The translations under genes were made by a program, and so were the position numbers. Shown here in pieces: positions 24,178 to 33,675 of a stretch of 64,000 bases of DNA. Within the stretch, counting starts at the first letter, position 1, and every line of letters begins with the position of its first letter. The stretch comes from Candidatus Latescibacterota bacterium (GTDB lineage Bacteria > Latescibacterota > UBA2968 > UBA8231), in NCBI GenBank assembly GCA_965206595.1, contig OZ242214.1:1472001-1536000 (forward strand), written 5' to 3'. A model generated the notes under the pieces. The model saw only the letters and a program-made list of their open reading frames with translations, did no database searches and was not told where the DNA came from.

Positions 24178-24699
24178 ATCGCAAAACAGCAACAGTCGTT
24201 TACGAGGATCAACGACGCCATTCGCGTCCCGGAGATTCGACTGATCAATTCCGACGGGACTCAGGTTGGCGTCGTGGGAAAATCGGAGGCGATGGCGATG
24301 GCGGAGGAAGAAGATCTCGATCTCGTAGAGGTCGCGCCGGAAGCCAGGCCGCCCGTTTGCCGTATCATGGACTACGGAAAATACCGCTTCGACAAAGAGA
24401 AAAAAGCCAAGGAGGCGCGCAAAAAAGGGCAGGCTGTGCAGATGAAGACGGTGCGAATCAAGACCGCCAACATCAGCGAGCACGACATGGAGTACCGCCT
24501 TGGTCACATTCGGGAGTTTATCGGCAAGGGAAATCTCGTGAAAATCAGCATGCGCTTCATGGGCCGCCAGGTGGCCTACCGCGACCGCGGCCGGCAGGTC
24601 ATGCAGGAGGTCGCGGAGAAACTCCTTGACGTTGCCGTAACCCACCAGCATCCGCAAATGGAAGGCCGCGAGATGTCCATGATCTTGCGGCCTTTGTAA
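24178..24699 (+). CDS. infC: Translation initiation factor IF-3 (non-canonical ATC start)
   Basis: AGGAGG at 24166-71, then in-frame ATC at 24178; RINDAIRVPEIRLI and DLVEVAPEARPPVCRIMDYGKY motifs. Confidence 0.93.
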   Translation: MAKQQQSFTRINDAIRVPEIRLINSDGTQVGVVGKSEAMAMAEEEDLDLVEVAPEARPPVCRIMDYGKYRFDKEKKAKEARKKGQAVQMKTVRIKTANISEHDMEYRLGHIREFIGKGNLVKISMRFMGRQVAYRDRGRQVMQEVAEKLLDVAVTHQHPQMEGREMSMILRPL

Positions 24700-25142
24700 C
24701 ACCGAAGTGAGTTCGCCGGATCGGCGGGCGGCGACATCCCCCTGTTGATCCTGAGAAAAGACTTCCGGTATCCAACCCCTCTCTGATTGCCCCCTGCTTA
24801 GGAGGATCGACCTCCGATTCCACATCCAAACACGGGCGAGATTGCCTTTGGTCGTTGCGCTTGGGATACGCAGCTTCGTCATGTAACGAATCCCTGTCTC
24901 CGATTGTGAATCGGTGACAACCCTCGTTAGGATTCCGCGTTTTCCGGCTTCAAAATCCGCTTCGTACCACCCGCTCCTGCCCAGGCATGCATGGCTTTCT
25001 GCCTGAAAGAAAATCCAGATAGACATTCGACCAGTGGCCCATACCGAATGACAGGACAGGATTGTCGTATCCGCAGGAAGCACCCCTTGCTCGCGTGCTT
25101 GGATTCGGTCTCGGTTACCTGTCACTACCAAGCGATTTCACT

Positions 25143-27130
25143 TTAGCTCTTGAGCAGATGCGACAAGGGTGTGCTCTTGGCATCCGTCCATTCCAGCGAC
25201 GACTGGAAAGGAGCGCTCAGCTGGTCCTTTTGGGGGCAATAGCTGACATGGGGCGAAAAGTAGGAGTATAGTGCCGAATTGCGAGGGTTCGGGGAACTGT
25301 TCGGTCCCGAACTATGCACTAGTGTCTCGTCCCATGAATTAGCTTAAAAAGTCTGGTCATCTTTGCGAGAATCGATTCGGCCGTCGCCGTCCACACAAAC
25401 GGGTGTGATTGGGCGTTATAGCGGTCGGTGAATTCCTGAATGTTGGCGATCAGGTCCTTCACCTTCTTGAAGGTCCCACGGCGGATGGCTTTCTGCGTGA
25501 GGATGCCGAACCAGATCTCCACCTGGTTGAGCCAAGAGGCGTAGGTCGGTGTATAGTGAACGTGGTATCGCGGACGCGCTGCGATCCACCGTTTGACCTT
25601 TTCGTGCGTGTGCGTGGCGTAGTTATCTACGACGAGATGGATGTCAAGGTCTTTGGGGACGTTTTGATCTATGTATTTGAGGAACTGCAGGAATTCCTGG
25701 TGCCGATGCCGGGGTTTGCATTGGGTCAGGACCTTGCCCGATGCGATCTCGAGCGCCGCGAACAAGGTCGTGGTGCCGTGCCGGATATAGCTGTGCGTAA
25801 CGCTTTCCACATAGCCCAGGCCCAAAGGCAGAATCGGCTGCGTCCGTTCCAGGGCTTGGATCTGGCTCTTCTCGTCGACGCATAACACCATGGCCTTGTC
25901 CGGAGGGTTCAGGTAGAGGCCTACGATGTCTCTGACTTTGTCCACAAAAAAAAGGGTCGTTGGACAGCGTGAAGTGCTTCTGCCGATGCGGCTGCAGACC
26001 AAACGCTTTCCATACCCGTTGAACAGTGGACTTGGAGAGGTTGATCTCGGCGGCGAGGGAACGGCACGTCCAGTGCGTGGCCCCCTTCGGTGGGTGCTCG
26101 AGAGTCGTATGAATCAAAGCGGCGACCTTCTCATCGCTTATCGACCGCGGAGACCCCCGGGGCGCAGTTCATCGTAGAGCCCCATCAGGCCTTGCTCGCA
26201 GAAACGACGGCGCCACTTGCCAACCGAAGCGCCCGACAGCCCAAGATGCTGACCGATCTGTTGATTGGTGAGCCCCTCATCGCTCATCAAGACGATCTTG
26301 GCTCGCCGCACATGCGCATGAGGCAGGCTACGGGAACGGGCCATGGATTCGAGTTGGGCACGAACTTCCTCACTGAGGTCGAGCGGCTCCAGGGGACGTC
26401 CCATTGCCATAGGTTCCTCCTTGCGGTATCGCTACATAGGAACCTACTGAGGAAATCATATTTATTCAATATATTCCTGGGACGGGACACTAGGAGACTA
26501 TGAAAGAAGAGCGCCGAACCGGCAGCCAGAGGAACGTCGATCTGGGTGTCGAGATCGATATCTTGGCGCTCGGTGAGAGACTCGTTCTGCCTCACGAGGA
26601 TTCTCCCCCAATCCTGTAGGCCCCATGCGTGACTGCGCGGGATGATCTTGAAGCAGCCGTTACCCGCCGTTGCCTCGGTCAGGGCAATGCTCACGGTAAC
26701 GAGAGCAGGAGGATCGATGGGCCAGTACGCGGAATCCTGATGCAGCGCGTGGGCCGAACCGTGAAACGCAGGCTTGAGCATCAGGGTACTTCGGAATAGC
26801 AAAAGATCGAGGGAATTGAGCAGCCTCTGGGCGATTTTTATCACCCTGGAGTGAACTGACAAGACGTTTGAACAGGTCCGAGTGGGTCCCCGTGTCTTCG
26901 ATTTTTCGAAGCACCGGAATTCCCCGATCGCCGTCAAAAGCGCTCTGACCATGAGGTTCGGGTTGAAAACTGCTCCCCGCCAAACCCCCGAGCGTCCTGA
27001 GTTCCGCAGCGACCTGATGTAGTCTGTCCACCTCCGCGTAACAGTCCTCGACTTCGGCAGGCGACAGCAGATCACGGATGACCAAGTACCCCTCGATGGA
27101 GAAGAAGTCGATCTGTTCTGCTGTTATCAA
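25143..27130 (-). pseudogene. Phytanoyl-CoA dioxygenase (PhyH-like, Fe/2OG) gene, frameshifted near 26855 and split by IS630
   Basis: 5' part MITAEQIDFFSIEGYLV...HQDSAYW...GSALFFHSLL resumes beyond the IS as VHSSGPNSSPNPRNSALYSY, with a stop at 25143. Confidence 0.82.
25319..26493 (-). mobile_element. IS630-family insertion sequence (transposase broken into three ORFs)
   Basis: Ends CTAGTGTCTCGTCCCA and TGGGACGGGACACTAG form an inverted repeat with 1 mismatch; CTAG at both ends; DEKSQIQAL, VDNYATH and SWLNQVE DDE motifs. Confidence 0.93.
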
Positions 27131-27283
27131 AATTCGAGCCCCACGAGCAAGACGAGAATCTGATCGAGTTCCCGATCAGGAAGCGGAGACCGGAAGGAAC
27201 ATTGGCCATGGGCTGTGAAGGCAGACGAAATCGGATAGATACTACCCCGCCAAATTCCGGGAAGGATCCTGCACAGCCAGATA

Positions 27284-27649
27284 TTAGAAACGCGGTCTTG
27301 ATTCGCCTGAAGGATTGTCCTGGATGATCGGGTCGGATTCGGGCCTGGATTCTTCCGTCGATCCGCTTTGACTCTCCAGACGCTCCGTAAATGTGTTTAG
27401 GCGTTCATCCGCCTCGTTGAGCATGCGCGCCGTCTTGGCGCGCTCCTCCAGCACCTCTTCAGCTATCTCCATGGCGGCAAGAATCGCTATTTCAAAGGGC
27501 GATCTTTTCCCCGCTTCCTCGGCAGCCCGGCGCATTTTTTCATCGAGATATACTGCGGCTTTCTCGATGTACTCGGGGTCTCTGGAATTACTTCCAAGGC
27601 GGAAGTGGTAATCGTAGATGTGGACTAGGACACCATCTTTTTTGGACAT
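27284..27649 (-). CDS. zapA: Cell division protein ZapA
   Basis: VHIYDYHFRL..EYIEKAAVYLDEKMR..IAILAAMEIAEE pattern followed by a coiled coil. Confidence 0.85.
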   Translation of the reverse strand: MSKKDGVLVHIYDYHFRLGSNSRDPEYIEKAAVYLDEKMRRAAEEAGKRSPFEIAILAAMEIAEEVLEERAKTARMLNEADERLNTFTERLESQSGSTEESRPESDPIIQDNPSGESRPRF

Positions 27650-27701
27650 GGTGTTTTTGGCGGGAATGGGGTCACGAAAGGGAATGGACAGAGGTTTTTA
27701 C

Positions 27702-27777
27702 AAAAAAAAAGGGGGGACTTCCGCGATCTCCCCTTACTCCCGGAAGCCCCCTCTGTTGCGCGCACTACCACGTGGTG
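27702..27777 (-). ncRNA. Candidate small RNA or attenuated leader upstream of zapA
   Basis: Lies between a near-consensus promoter and the GGGGGCTTCCG...CGGAAGTCCCCCC hairpin followed by a T-tract. Confidence 0.45.
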
Positions 27778-27783
27778 AGTCAC

Positions 27784-27812
27784 AGTATATAGTGTGTCTG
27801 AAAATATGTCAA
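27784..27812 (-). promoter_or_regulatory. Near-consensus sigma70 promoter
   Basis: TTGACA (27812-27807), 17 nt, TATACT (27789-27784) on the minus strand. Confidence 0.75.
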
Positions 27813-28181
27813 CCATATATTGCGTAATTTTGCTTCTTTTTGGTTTTTTCAGCATTTTTTCCGCAAGGTCCTACGGCACACCAGATTTGCCCCGAAAACC
27901 AATACGGGGACGTTTAGCAAATTGTCGTAAGCCATTCTGTCCCCTTCAATTAGAACTTGACTGGCGGGGCGGCCCTATGGTGAAGGAGGCAGGGGGCTTG
28001 CGCCGAAGGGGTCATCGCCGGACGAGTTGCGCAATTATCTGATTTTTAACATCGTACACCCGTTTTTACATTGGTCCGGTTTGAAACCCACCAGAGCACC
28101 ATCTCCTCACCTCGTCGCTCGACGGGCGCGAAACTCGTCCGTTAGCGATCCGGTTGACCATATTACTGAATCAAGGCATGT

Positions 28182-29390
28182 TTGAACAAGGTTTCCCTTT
28201 CCATAAATAGCCACATACTCATTGTCGGCGGGGGGATCGTCGGTCTCGCCATTGCTTACCGGATGCTCGTTCGTTTTCCTGGCATTCGGATTACCGTTCT
28301 GGAGAAGGAGAAGGAGCTCGCCTTCCACCAGACCGGGCGCAACAGCGGGGTGCTTCACGCGGCTCCCTATTACAAACCGAACTCTTCCAAAGCCCTCCTC
28401 TGCCGCGCGGGATTGAGGGCGCTGACGGAGCTTGCCCGGGAACAGGGGATTCCCTACGAAATCTGCGGCAAGGTCATCGTGGCCAAGGAAGCGTCGGAGG
28501 AGGAGAGGCTACGCAGGCTGTTTTTGACCGCCCGGCAGAACGGAGTGAACTGCGAGCTGTTAGGACGTGAGGCTCTGCTGGACCGCGAGCCCCACGTACG
28601 GGGTACGCAGGCGATCCTCGTTCCCGACACGGGCATCATAGACTATCGGGCAGTTGCCAATCGGCTGGCGGAGTTGATAGCCGCTGCGGATGGGGAAGTT
28701 CGCCTCGGCACCAAGGTCACTGGGTTTCGCCGGGACGGTGAGCGGCAAATCGTGTCAACGGATACAGGGGATTTTCGCGGCGATCTAGTCGTCAATGCTG
28801 CGGGTTTGCACAGCGATCGCCTCTGCGAGAAAGCAGGAGGCCGGCCCGCAGCAAAGATTCTGCCCTTCAGGGGTGAGTATTTCGCCTTGAAACCGGAAGC
28901 CCATTTTCTGTGCAACCATCTCATCTACCCTGTCCCCGACCCCAACCTGCCTTTTCTCGGTGTCCACTTCACACGCATGATAGAGGGAGGTCGCGAGTGC
29001 GGGCCGAATGCCGTGCTCGCCTTTGCGCGGGAGGGCTACGAGTTCTGGGACTTCGATGCTCGCGATTTCTTCGAAACGGTGACCTACCGGGGGTTTTTGA
29101 GAATGGCCTGGCACTGGCGGAAGGTCGGAATGGCCGAGATGTACCGTTCGCTGAGCAAGGCGGCGTTCGTCCGCGAACTGCAGGAGTTCATCCCCGCCGT
29201 GGCGGCGGAAATGCTAGTGCCTGCTCCCGCGGGAATCCGGGCGCAGGCGGTGTTCCCCGACGGGGAGCTCGCCAAAGACTTCGAGATTCTCATCGAGGGT
29301 CCTTTCGTGCACATTCTCAACGCACCCTCTCCGGCAGCGACCAGTTCGCTGGCGATCGCGGATCGCGTGATCGACGGGATAGAGTTCTGA
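28182..29390 (+). CDS. lhgO: L-2-hydroxyglutarate oxidase-like FAD oxidoreductase
   Basis: IVGGGIVG, HQTGRNSGVLH, PFRGEY, LIYPVPDPNLPFLGVHFT and NAPSPAATSSLAI motifs. Confidence 0.9.
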   Translation: MNKVSLSINSHILIVGGGIVGLAIAYRMLVRFPGIRITVLEKEKELAFHQTGRNSGVLHAAPYYKPNSSKALLCRAGLRALTELAREQGIPYEICGKVIVAKEASEEERLRRLFLTARQNGVNCELLGREALLDREPHVRGTQAILVPDTGIIDYRAVANRLAELIAAADGEVRLGTKVTGFRRDGERQIVSTDTGDFRGDLVVNAAGLHSDRLCEKAGGRPAAKILPFRGEYFALKPEAHFLCNHLIYPVPDPNLPFLGVHFTRMIEGGRECGPNAVLAFAREGYEFWDFDARDFFETVTYRGFLRMAWHWRKVGMAEMYRSLSKAAFVRELQEFIPAVAAEMLVPAPAGIRAQAVFPDGELAKDFEILIEGPFVHILNAPSPAATSSLAIADRVIDGIEF

Positions 29391-29395
29391 ACCCG

Positions 29396-29929
29396 ATGGC
29401 ATTTCGAGTAAAATGACGAGGCAAGCTTACCTACTATTACAGTGGCGAGAAACCGGTTCTTTCGGCTCTGGTCACCGAAGATCTGGGGAATGGCGATCTC
29501 AGAATTCATTTTGCGGGCCTGACCGGTGGTCACTCCGCGACTGGGATTCTGGGACTCGACGGGGTCCATACCATGAATCCGGCAATGGAGGTGGGACTGG
29601 TGTTCAGGTGCTGGGAGAAATGGCTCCGCGATGCAGGGATATGCGATTCGATTTCCAAGATCGACTTCATCGAGGTGCATGCTTTCGCCGCGCAGCCGAA
29701 GGCGCCCAACCCGGTGCTGGCTCCGCAGCGGTTCGCCGACGAACAGCAGCGCCTATACAATGAATATGCGGAGGCGTACAGCAGCTTTTTCCACGAACAG
29801 ATGCCGGAGTGTGGCGTGCCATCGCGCTTCACCGTCCACGTCGTCGACTTTCCCGACAAGGCCGCCTCGTACGAGTTCTACAGCGTCGGCCTCTACCAGA
29901 AGAGCCTCCACGCGGAGGATGAGGGATGA
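29396..29929 (+). CDS. Divergent RidA/YjgF-fold protein with an in-frame TGA at codon 7 (readthrough, Sec, or pseudogene)
   Basis: ATG 5 nt after the lhgO stop: MAFRVK*RGKLTYYYSGEKPVLSALV...IHFAGLTG...YSSFF..PSRFTVHVVDFP..SYEFYSVG, resembling Rid YS.AV....SGQ and PARSTV.V..LP....VEIEA. Confidence 0.55.
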
Positions 29930-31194
29930 GCCGAAGCTTCGACCTCCCATTTGGACAGCGGGTTTTAAAGCTTTCTCTGCCTGAAGCCGCGGAGGTCGAT
30001 TTGCTGATGCCAGCGGCGCTTGCAGCCGAATCCGACGGAGCATCGATTGTCAGCCGGGCGCTGAGAGAGCCGATCGGCAGTCCGCCCCTGGACGAGGTGG
30101 TCACTTCGGGGCAGACAGTAGCGGTGGTAACGAGCGACAACACCAGGCCCTGCCCATCCCGTCGGCTGCTACCTCCGATTCTCCGCGAACTGCAAGCGGG
30201 TGGAATATCCGCAGACGCCACCACGGTCGTTGTGGCGCTCGGACTGCATCGACCGCTGTCGAACCAGGAACTGCGCGAACTCGTGGGACCCGAGGTGCAC
30301 GATTCAGTGGAGGTTGTCAACCACGATCCGGCCAATGTGGTTCGGATAGGATGGACCAGCGCAGGCACACCGGTGGACCTGTTTCGACCTGTCGTTGGCG
30401 CCGATGTCCGGGTAGGGTTGGGAAATATCGAGTTCCACTATTTCGCCGGGTATTCCGGCGGAGCGAAATCGATTCTCCCTGGGTGCGCCGGAGAAGAGAC
30501 CGTGAGTGCCAACCACGCTCTGATGGTCGAGCTGGGAGCCCGGGCGGGTGTTCTCGAAAGCAACCCGGTCCGGGTCGACCTCGAGGAGGGGGTGGCGATG
30601 ATCGGCCTCGATTTCATCCTCAATGCCATCGTCGACAGCGACCACCGGCTGGTTGACGCGGTGGCTGGTAACGCCACCAATGCCCATCGCCTCGGATGCA
30701 GCATTATGGCCCGGCGAGACGCCGTGGGGGTAGACGGCAAGGCGGATATGGTGGTCGTGAGTGCAGGCGGCAAGCCGTCGGACCTGAACCTGTATCAGGC
30801 CCAAAAGGCGCTTGAAAACGCCGGCGCGGTCGTCAGGGACGGCGGTGTCATTATCTGGGTGGCCGAGTGCCTGGAGGGTTACGGTAATTCGACCTTCGAA
30901 CAGTGGATGCGACAGGCGAACACACCTGAGCAGGTGCTGGAGCGCATCGCCCGGAGGTTCATTCTGGGAGGACACAAGGCCGCGGCCATCGCGTCGGTCC
31001 TGCTCCGAGCGGAAGTCTACCTCGTGTCGGCGATGGGGGTAAAGCTGGATGCCTGCGGAATAATCGGCTTCGAAAGTATCGACTCAGCCGTCCGAGCCGC
31101 TCTGGAGAGGGTCGGCCCCGACCCGGCCGTCGCCGTCATCCCCCACGGGGGTTCGACCTTTCCGATACCGGTCGGAACAACAGAAGCTGCGTGA
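29926..31194 (+). CDS. larA: LarA-family nickel-pincer-dependent 2-hydroxy acid racemase/epimerase
   Basis: SDNTRP, ALGLHR, EFHYFAGYSGGAKSILPG, ANH and NLYQAQK catalytic motifs. Confidence 0.9.
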   Translation: MSRSFDLPFGQRVLKLSLPEAAEVDLLMPAALAAESDGASIVSRALREPIGSPPLDEVVTSGQTVAVVTSDNTRPCPSRRLLPPILRELQAGGISADATTVVVALGLHRPLSNQELRELVGPEVHDSVEVVNHDPANVVRIGWTSAGTPVDLFRPVVGADVRVGLGNIEFHYFAGYSGGAKSILPGCAGEETVSANHALMVELGARAGVLESNPVRVDLEEGVAMIGLDFILNAIVDSDHRLVDAVAGNATNAHRLGCSIMARRDAVGVDGKADMVVVSAGGKPSDLNLYQAQKALENAGAVVRDGGVIIWVAECLEGYGNSTFEQWMRQANTPEQVLERIARRFILGGHKAAAIASVLLRAEVYLVSAMGVKLDACGIIGFESIDSAVRAALERVGPDPAVAVIPHGGSTFPIPVGTTEAA

Positions 31195-31524
31195 AGGTAG
31201 TTGGAGAGCGCCTCTCCCTGAGCGCGAGGTCGGAATAGTGGCTGGATGTGAACCCTCTCGGCACAGGCGACAGCCTCTGCAATTCCTTGCTGATCTGGTG
31301 GGTAGCAGTACTCGAACCTCCCGGAAACAGGCCGAATTACCGGACACCCGGTTGCCGCGTCCATCTCGGGTCTTCCTGTCCGGGATAGCAGCCTCAAGGC
31401 ACGTATAGTAGGTGGCCTTCATTTGGTCTACGGCGAACATCCCCTGACACAGGTATTCGGCGAGGGCACAATGTGCATTAGCTATCTGCCCGATATGACC
31501 CCCACATCTCCAAGTGGAGTTTCT

Positions 31525-32640
31525 CTATTTCAGTGCGCCCTGAGCCGGAATCTCGAACAGGTCCAGCTGTGAGCTTGCTGGCTTGGTGACGGTGAAACTG
31601 GAAACACCCACACCAAGTAGCCGGACACCGCGATGGAGGGCTTGAGAACGCTGTAACAACTCCACTGCGAGGTCCGCAACCACCTTGCCGTCGCACAGAC
31701 CTGTTGCGTGTGTCCGTGACCGGGTAACGGTTTCGAAATCCGGGTAGCGAACCTTCACGGTGATTATGCGTCCCAGTAGTCCGCGGCGCTGAAGGCGAGC
31801 GCTCACCTCCTCGCTCAGGCGTTGCAGAGTTGCTCGCATTTCCTCGACACTGAAAACATCCTCCGGAAAGGTCGTTTCGCTGCTGAGCTGCTTTGGCTCA
31901 CGCCTGGGGCTGACCGGGTCATCGTCTCGGCCCAGGGAACGGTGGTGGAAGTAGAGACCCCGTTTGCCAAAATTGTCAATAAGTTTCTTCAGGCCTACTT
32001 GCGCGAGCTGACCGATCGTTCCGACCCCCATCTCCATGAATTTCTCTTCCGTGACTTTCCCGACTCCGGGGATCTTTCCAACCGGAAGTTCTCTGAGAAA
32101 CTCATCAACTTGCCTTGGCATGACGACGACCAATCCGTCTGGTTTTCGCAGGTCGGAGGCCACCTTGGCAAGGTATTTATTGGGCGCCAGTCCCGCCGAG
32201 GCAGTGAGTCGGATCCGTCGCCGGATATCGGATTTGAGCATCTTCGCGACCCTGTGCCCAAGGGGAACGCCGAGTTTGTTGTTGGTGACGTCGAGATAGG
32301 CTTCGTCAAGAGCGACCGGTTCGATGAGATCCGTGTATTCGCTGAAGATTTCGTGAAGAGCTTGCGAAATCTCACGGTATTTACCGAAATCCCCGGATAC
32401 GCGAATGACGTGAGGACAGCGAGCCAGGGCCGTTTTCATCGGCATGGCGGAATGGATCCCGAATACGCGGGCTTCGTAGGAGGCAGCGGCAACCACCCCG
32501 CGGCCGCTTGGGTCGCCCCCGACTACTACTGGTTTTCCGGCGAGAGAGAGGTCGTCCCGCTGCTCGACCGAGGCGTAGAACGCATCCATGTCGACATGGA
32601 TTACCTTGCGGTGTCCGGTAGTCGGGAGCGAAGGGTTCAT
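31525..32640 (-). CDS. dinB: DNA polymerase IV
   Basis: IHVDMDAFYASVEQRD, SYEARVFG, ALDEAYLD and LAKVASD..KPDG motifs. Confidence 0.96.
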   Translation of the reverse strand: MNPSLPTTGHRKVIHVDMDAFYASVEQRDDLSLAGKPVVVGGDPSGRGVVAAASYEARVFGIHSAMPMKTALARCPHVIRVSGDFGKYREISQALHEIFSEYTDLIEPVALDEAYLDVTNNKLGVPLGHRVAKMLKSDIRRRIRLTASAGLAPNKYLAKVASDLRKPDGLVVVMPRQVDEFLRELPVGKIPGVGKVTEEKFMEMGVGTIGQLAQVGLKKLIDNFGKRGLYFHHRSLGRDDDPVSPRREPKQLSSETTFPEDVFSVEEMRATLQRLSEEVSARLQRRGLLGRIITVKVRYPDFETVTRSRTHATGLCDGKVVADLAVELLQRSQALHRGVRLLGVGVSSFTVTKPASSQLDLFEIPAQGALK

Positions 32641-32670
32641 CCCACCAAGGCCGCTGAAAACCGAAAGCGG

Positions 32671-33675
32671 CTAAACCGGGAATGGCAATTCGCTGACGGT
32701 TACCGGAGAAGGGGTGCCCTCCACTCCCTCAAAGGTCAGTTCGGTACCGGGAACACAGAACTGATCGCGAACGTAGGCGAGGGCAATCTGGGAACCCAGG
32801 GTGGGGGAATAGGCCGAGGAAGTGATTTCACCCGCTAGGCGTCCATCGCTCGAGACCAGCCTGGAGGATCCGTCGATTCGACCGGCAGCTGGCATCCGCA
32901 GTCCGACCAGCCGCTGCTTCACCTTGTCGTACGTGTCCAGCCTGGCGATGACTTCCTGGCCCAGATAACACCCCTTGTCGAGGTGGATTGCTTGATCCAG
33001 CCCGGCTTCCCAGGGGTTGTGATCCTCCGTCAACTCCCGCTCCAGTGCCGGACAACCTTCTTCGACCCGGATGGTTTCAAAGCCGCCATCACTCAGTTGA
33101 ACTGCTCCCGCGCCATGCATACGCGAACCTAAGGTTCTGAGGTCAGAAAAATCCCCGATCATCCGGACGCCTGGAAGGCGGCCATAGTGCAGCCCGAGGA
33201 ACCTCTGCTTCTGGCCGTCGGTTGAGATCAGGCAATGGGGTGGGATCGTTCCGCCACCTTCCACCGCCGGGGCAATTTCGGAAAGGATGGCGCGTGACTC
33301 GGGACCGATTACGTCCATCGCGGTCGTTTCGGTAGTCAGGTCTCGAATCGAGATTTCTTCGGTGAAAATGTAGCGGTCGAGCCACTCGACCAGCCGCCCC
33401 CCGTTGGAGGAGGGGATTACAAGGAGGGTGTGATCACCATCGAGCCGCGTGAAGCTTCCGCAGGAAACGATGCGGCCACGGTTGTCGGGGAACACCGCCG
33501 CGAGTCCCTCGCCCGGTGGAAGGTCGAGGAAATGGTTGGTTGTCAGGCGGTGCAGGACGTCGAGGTGATCCGGGCCGGAAAACAGGAGACGCGTGTAGTG
33601 CGAGATATCCCTGAAAGCCGCTCGAGTTCTCGCGGCTGCAGTTTCCACCGATAGTTCCGCGCTGCAGTGATTCAA
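32671..33675 (-). CDS. YgfZ/GcvT-like folate-binding aminomethyltransferase
   Basis: KGCYLGQE signature; GEITSSAYSP..IALAYVR motif. Confidence 0.9.
   Translation of the reverse strand: MNHCSAELSVETAAARTRAAFRDISHYTRLLFSGPDHLDVLHRLTTNHFLDLPPGEGLAAVFPDNRGRIVSCGSFTRLDGDHTLLVIPSSNGGRLVEWLDRYIFTEEISIRDLTTETTAMDVIGPESRAILSEIAPAVEGGGTIPPHCLISTDGQKQRFLGLHYGRLPGVRMIGDFSDLRTLGSRMHGAGAVQLSDGGFETIRVEEGCPALERELTEDHNPWEAGLDQAIHLDKGCYLGQEVIARLDTYDKVKQRLVGLRMPAAGRIDGSSRLVSSDGRLAGEITSSAYSPTLGSQIALAYVRDQFCVPGTELTFEGVEGTPSPVTVSELPFPV

Noticed and set aside
24085-25131. 348-aa minus-strand ORF
   Set aside because: Half of it is antisense to infC and the rest has no recognisable motif. At most it is a decayed remnant downstream of the PhyH pseudogene.
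27131-27283. Possible 6S RNA downstream of zapA (a common location); contains a GGCTGTG(A/C)AGG inverted repeat
   Set aside because: The paired region spans only about 70 nt and I cannot see the long rod with a central bubble. A cmscan would be needed to exclude it fully.
29414-29416. Genome-wide UGA reassignment as the explanation for the in-frame TGA
   Set aside because: TGA terminates many conserved genes at their expected ends (carB, rpmG, rpsL, fusA, secY, rpmJ).
31017-31440. Two short minus-strand ORFs between larA and dinB
   Set aside because: Both run into the larA 3' end and show no recognisable family signal, so they cannot be supported.
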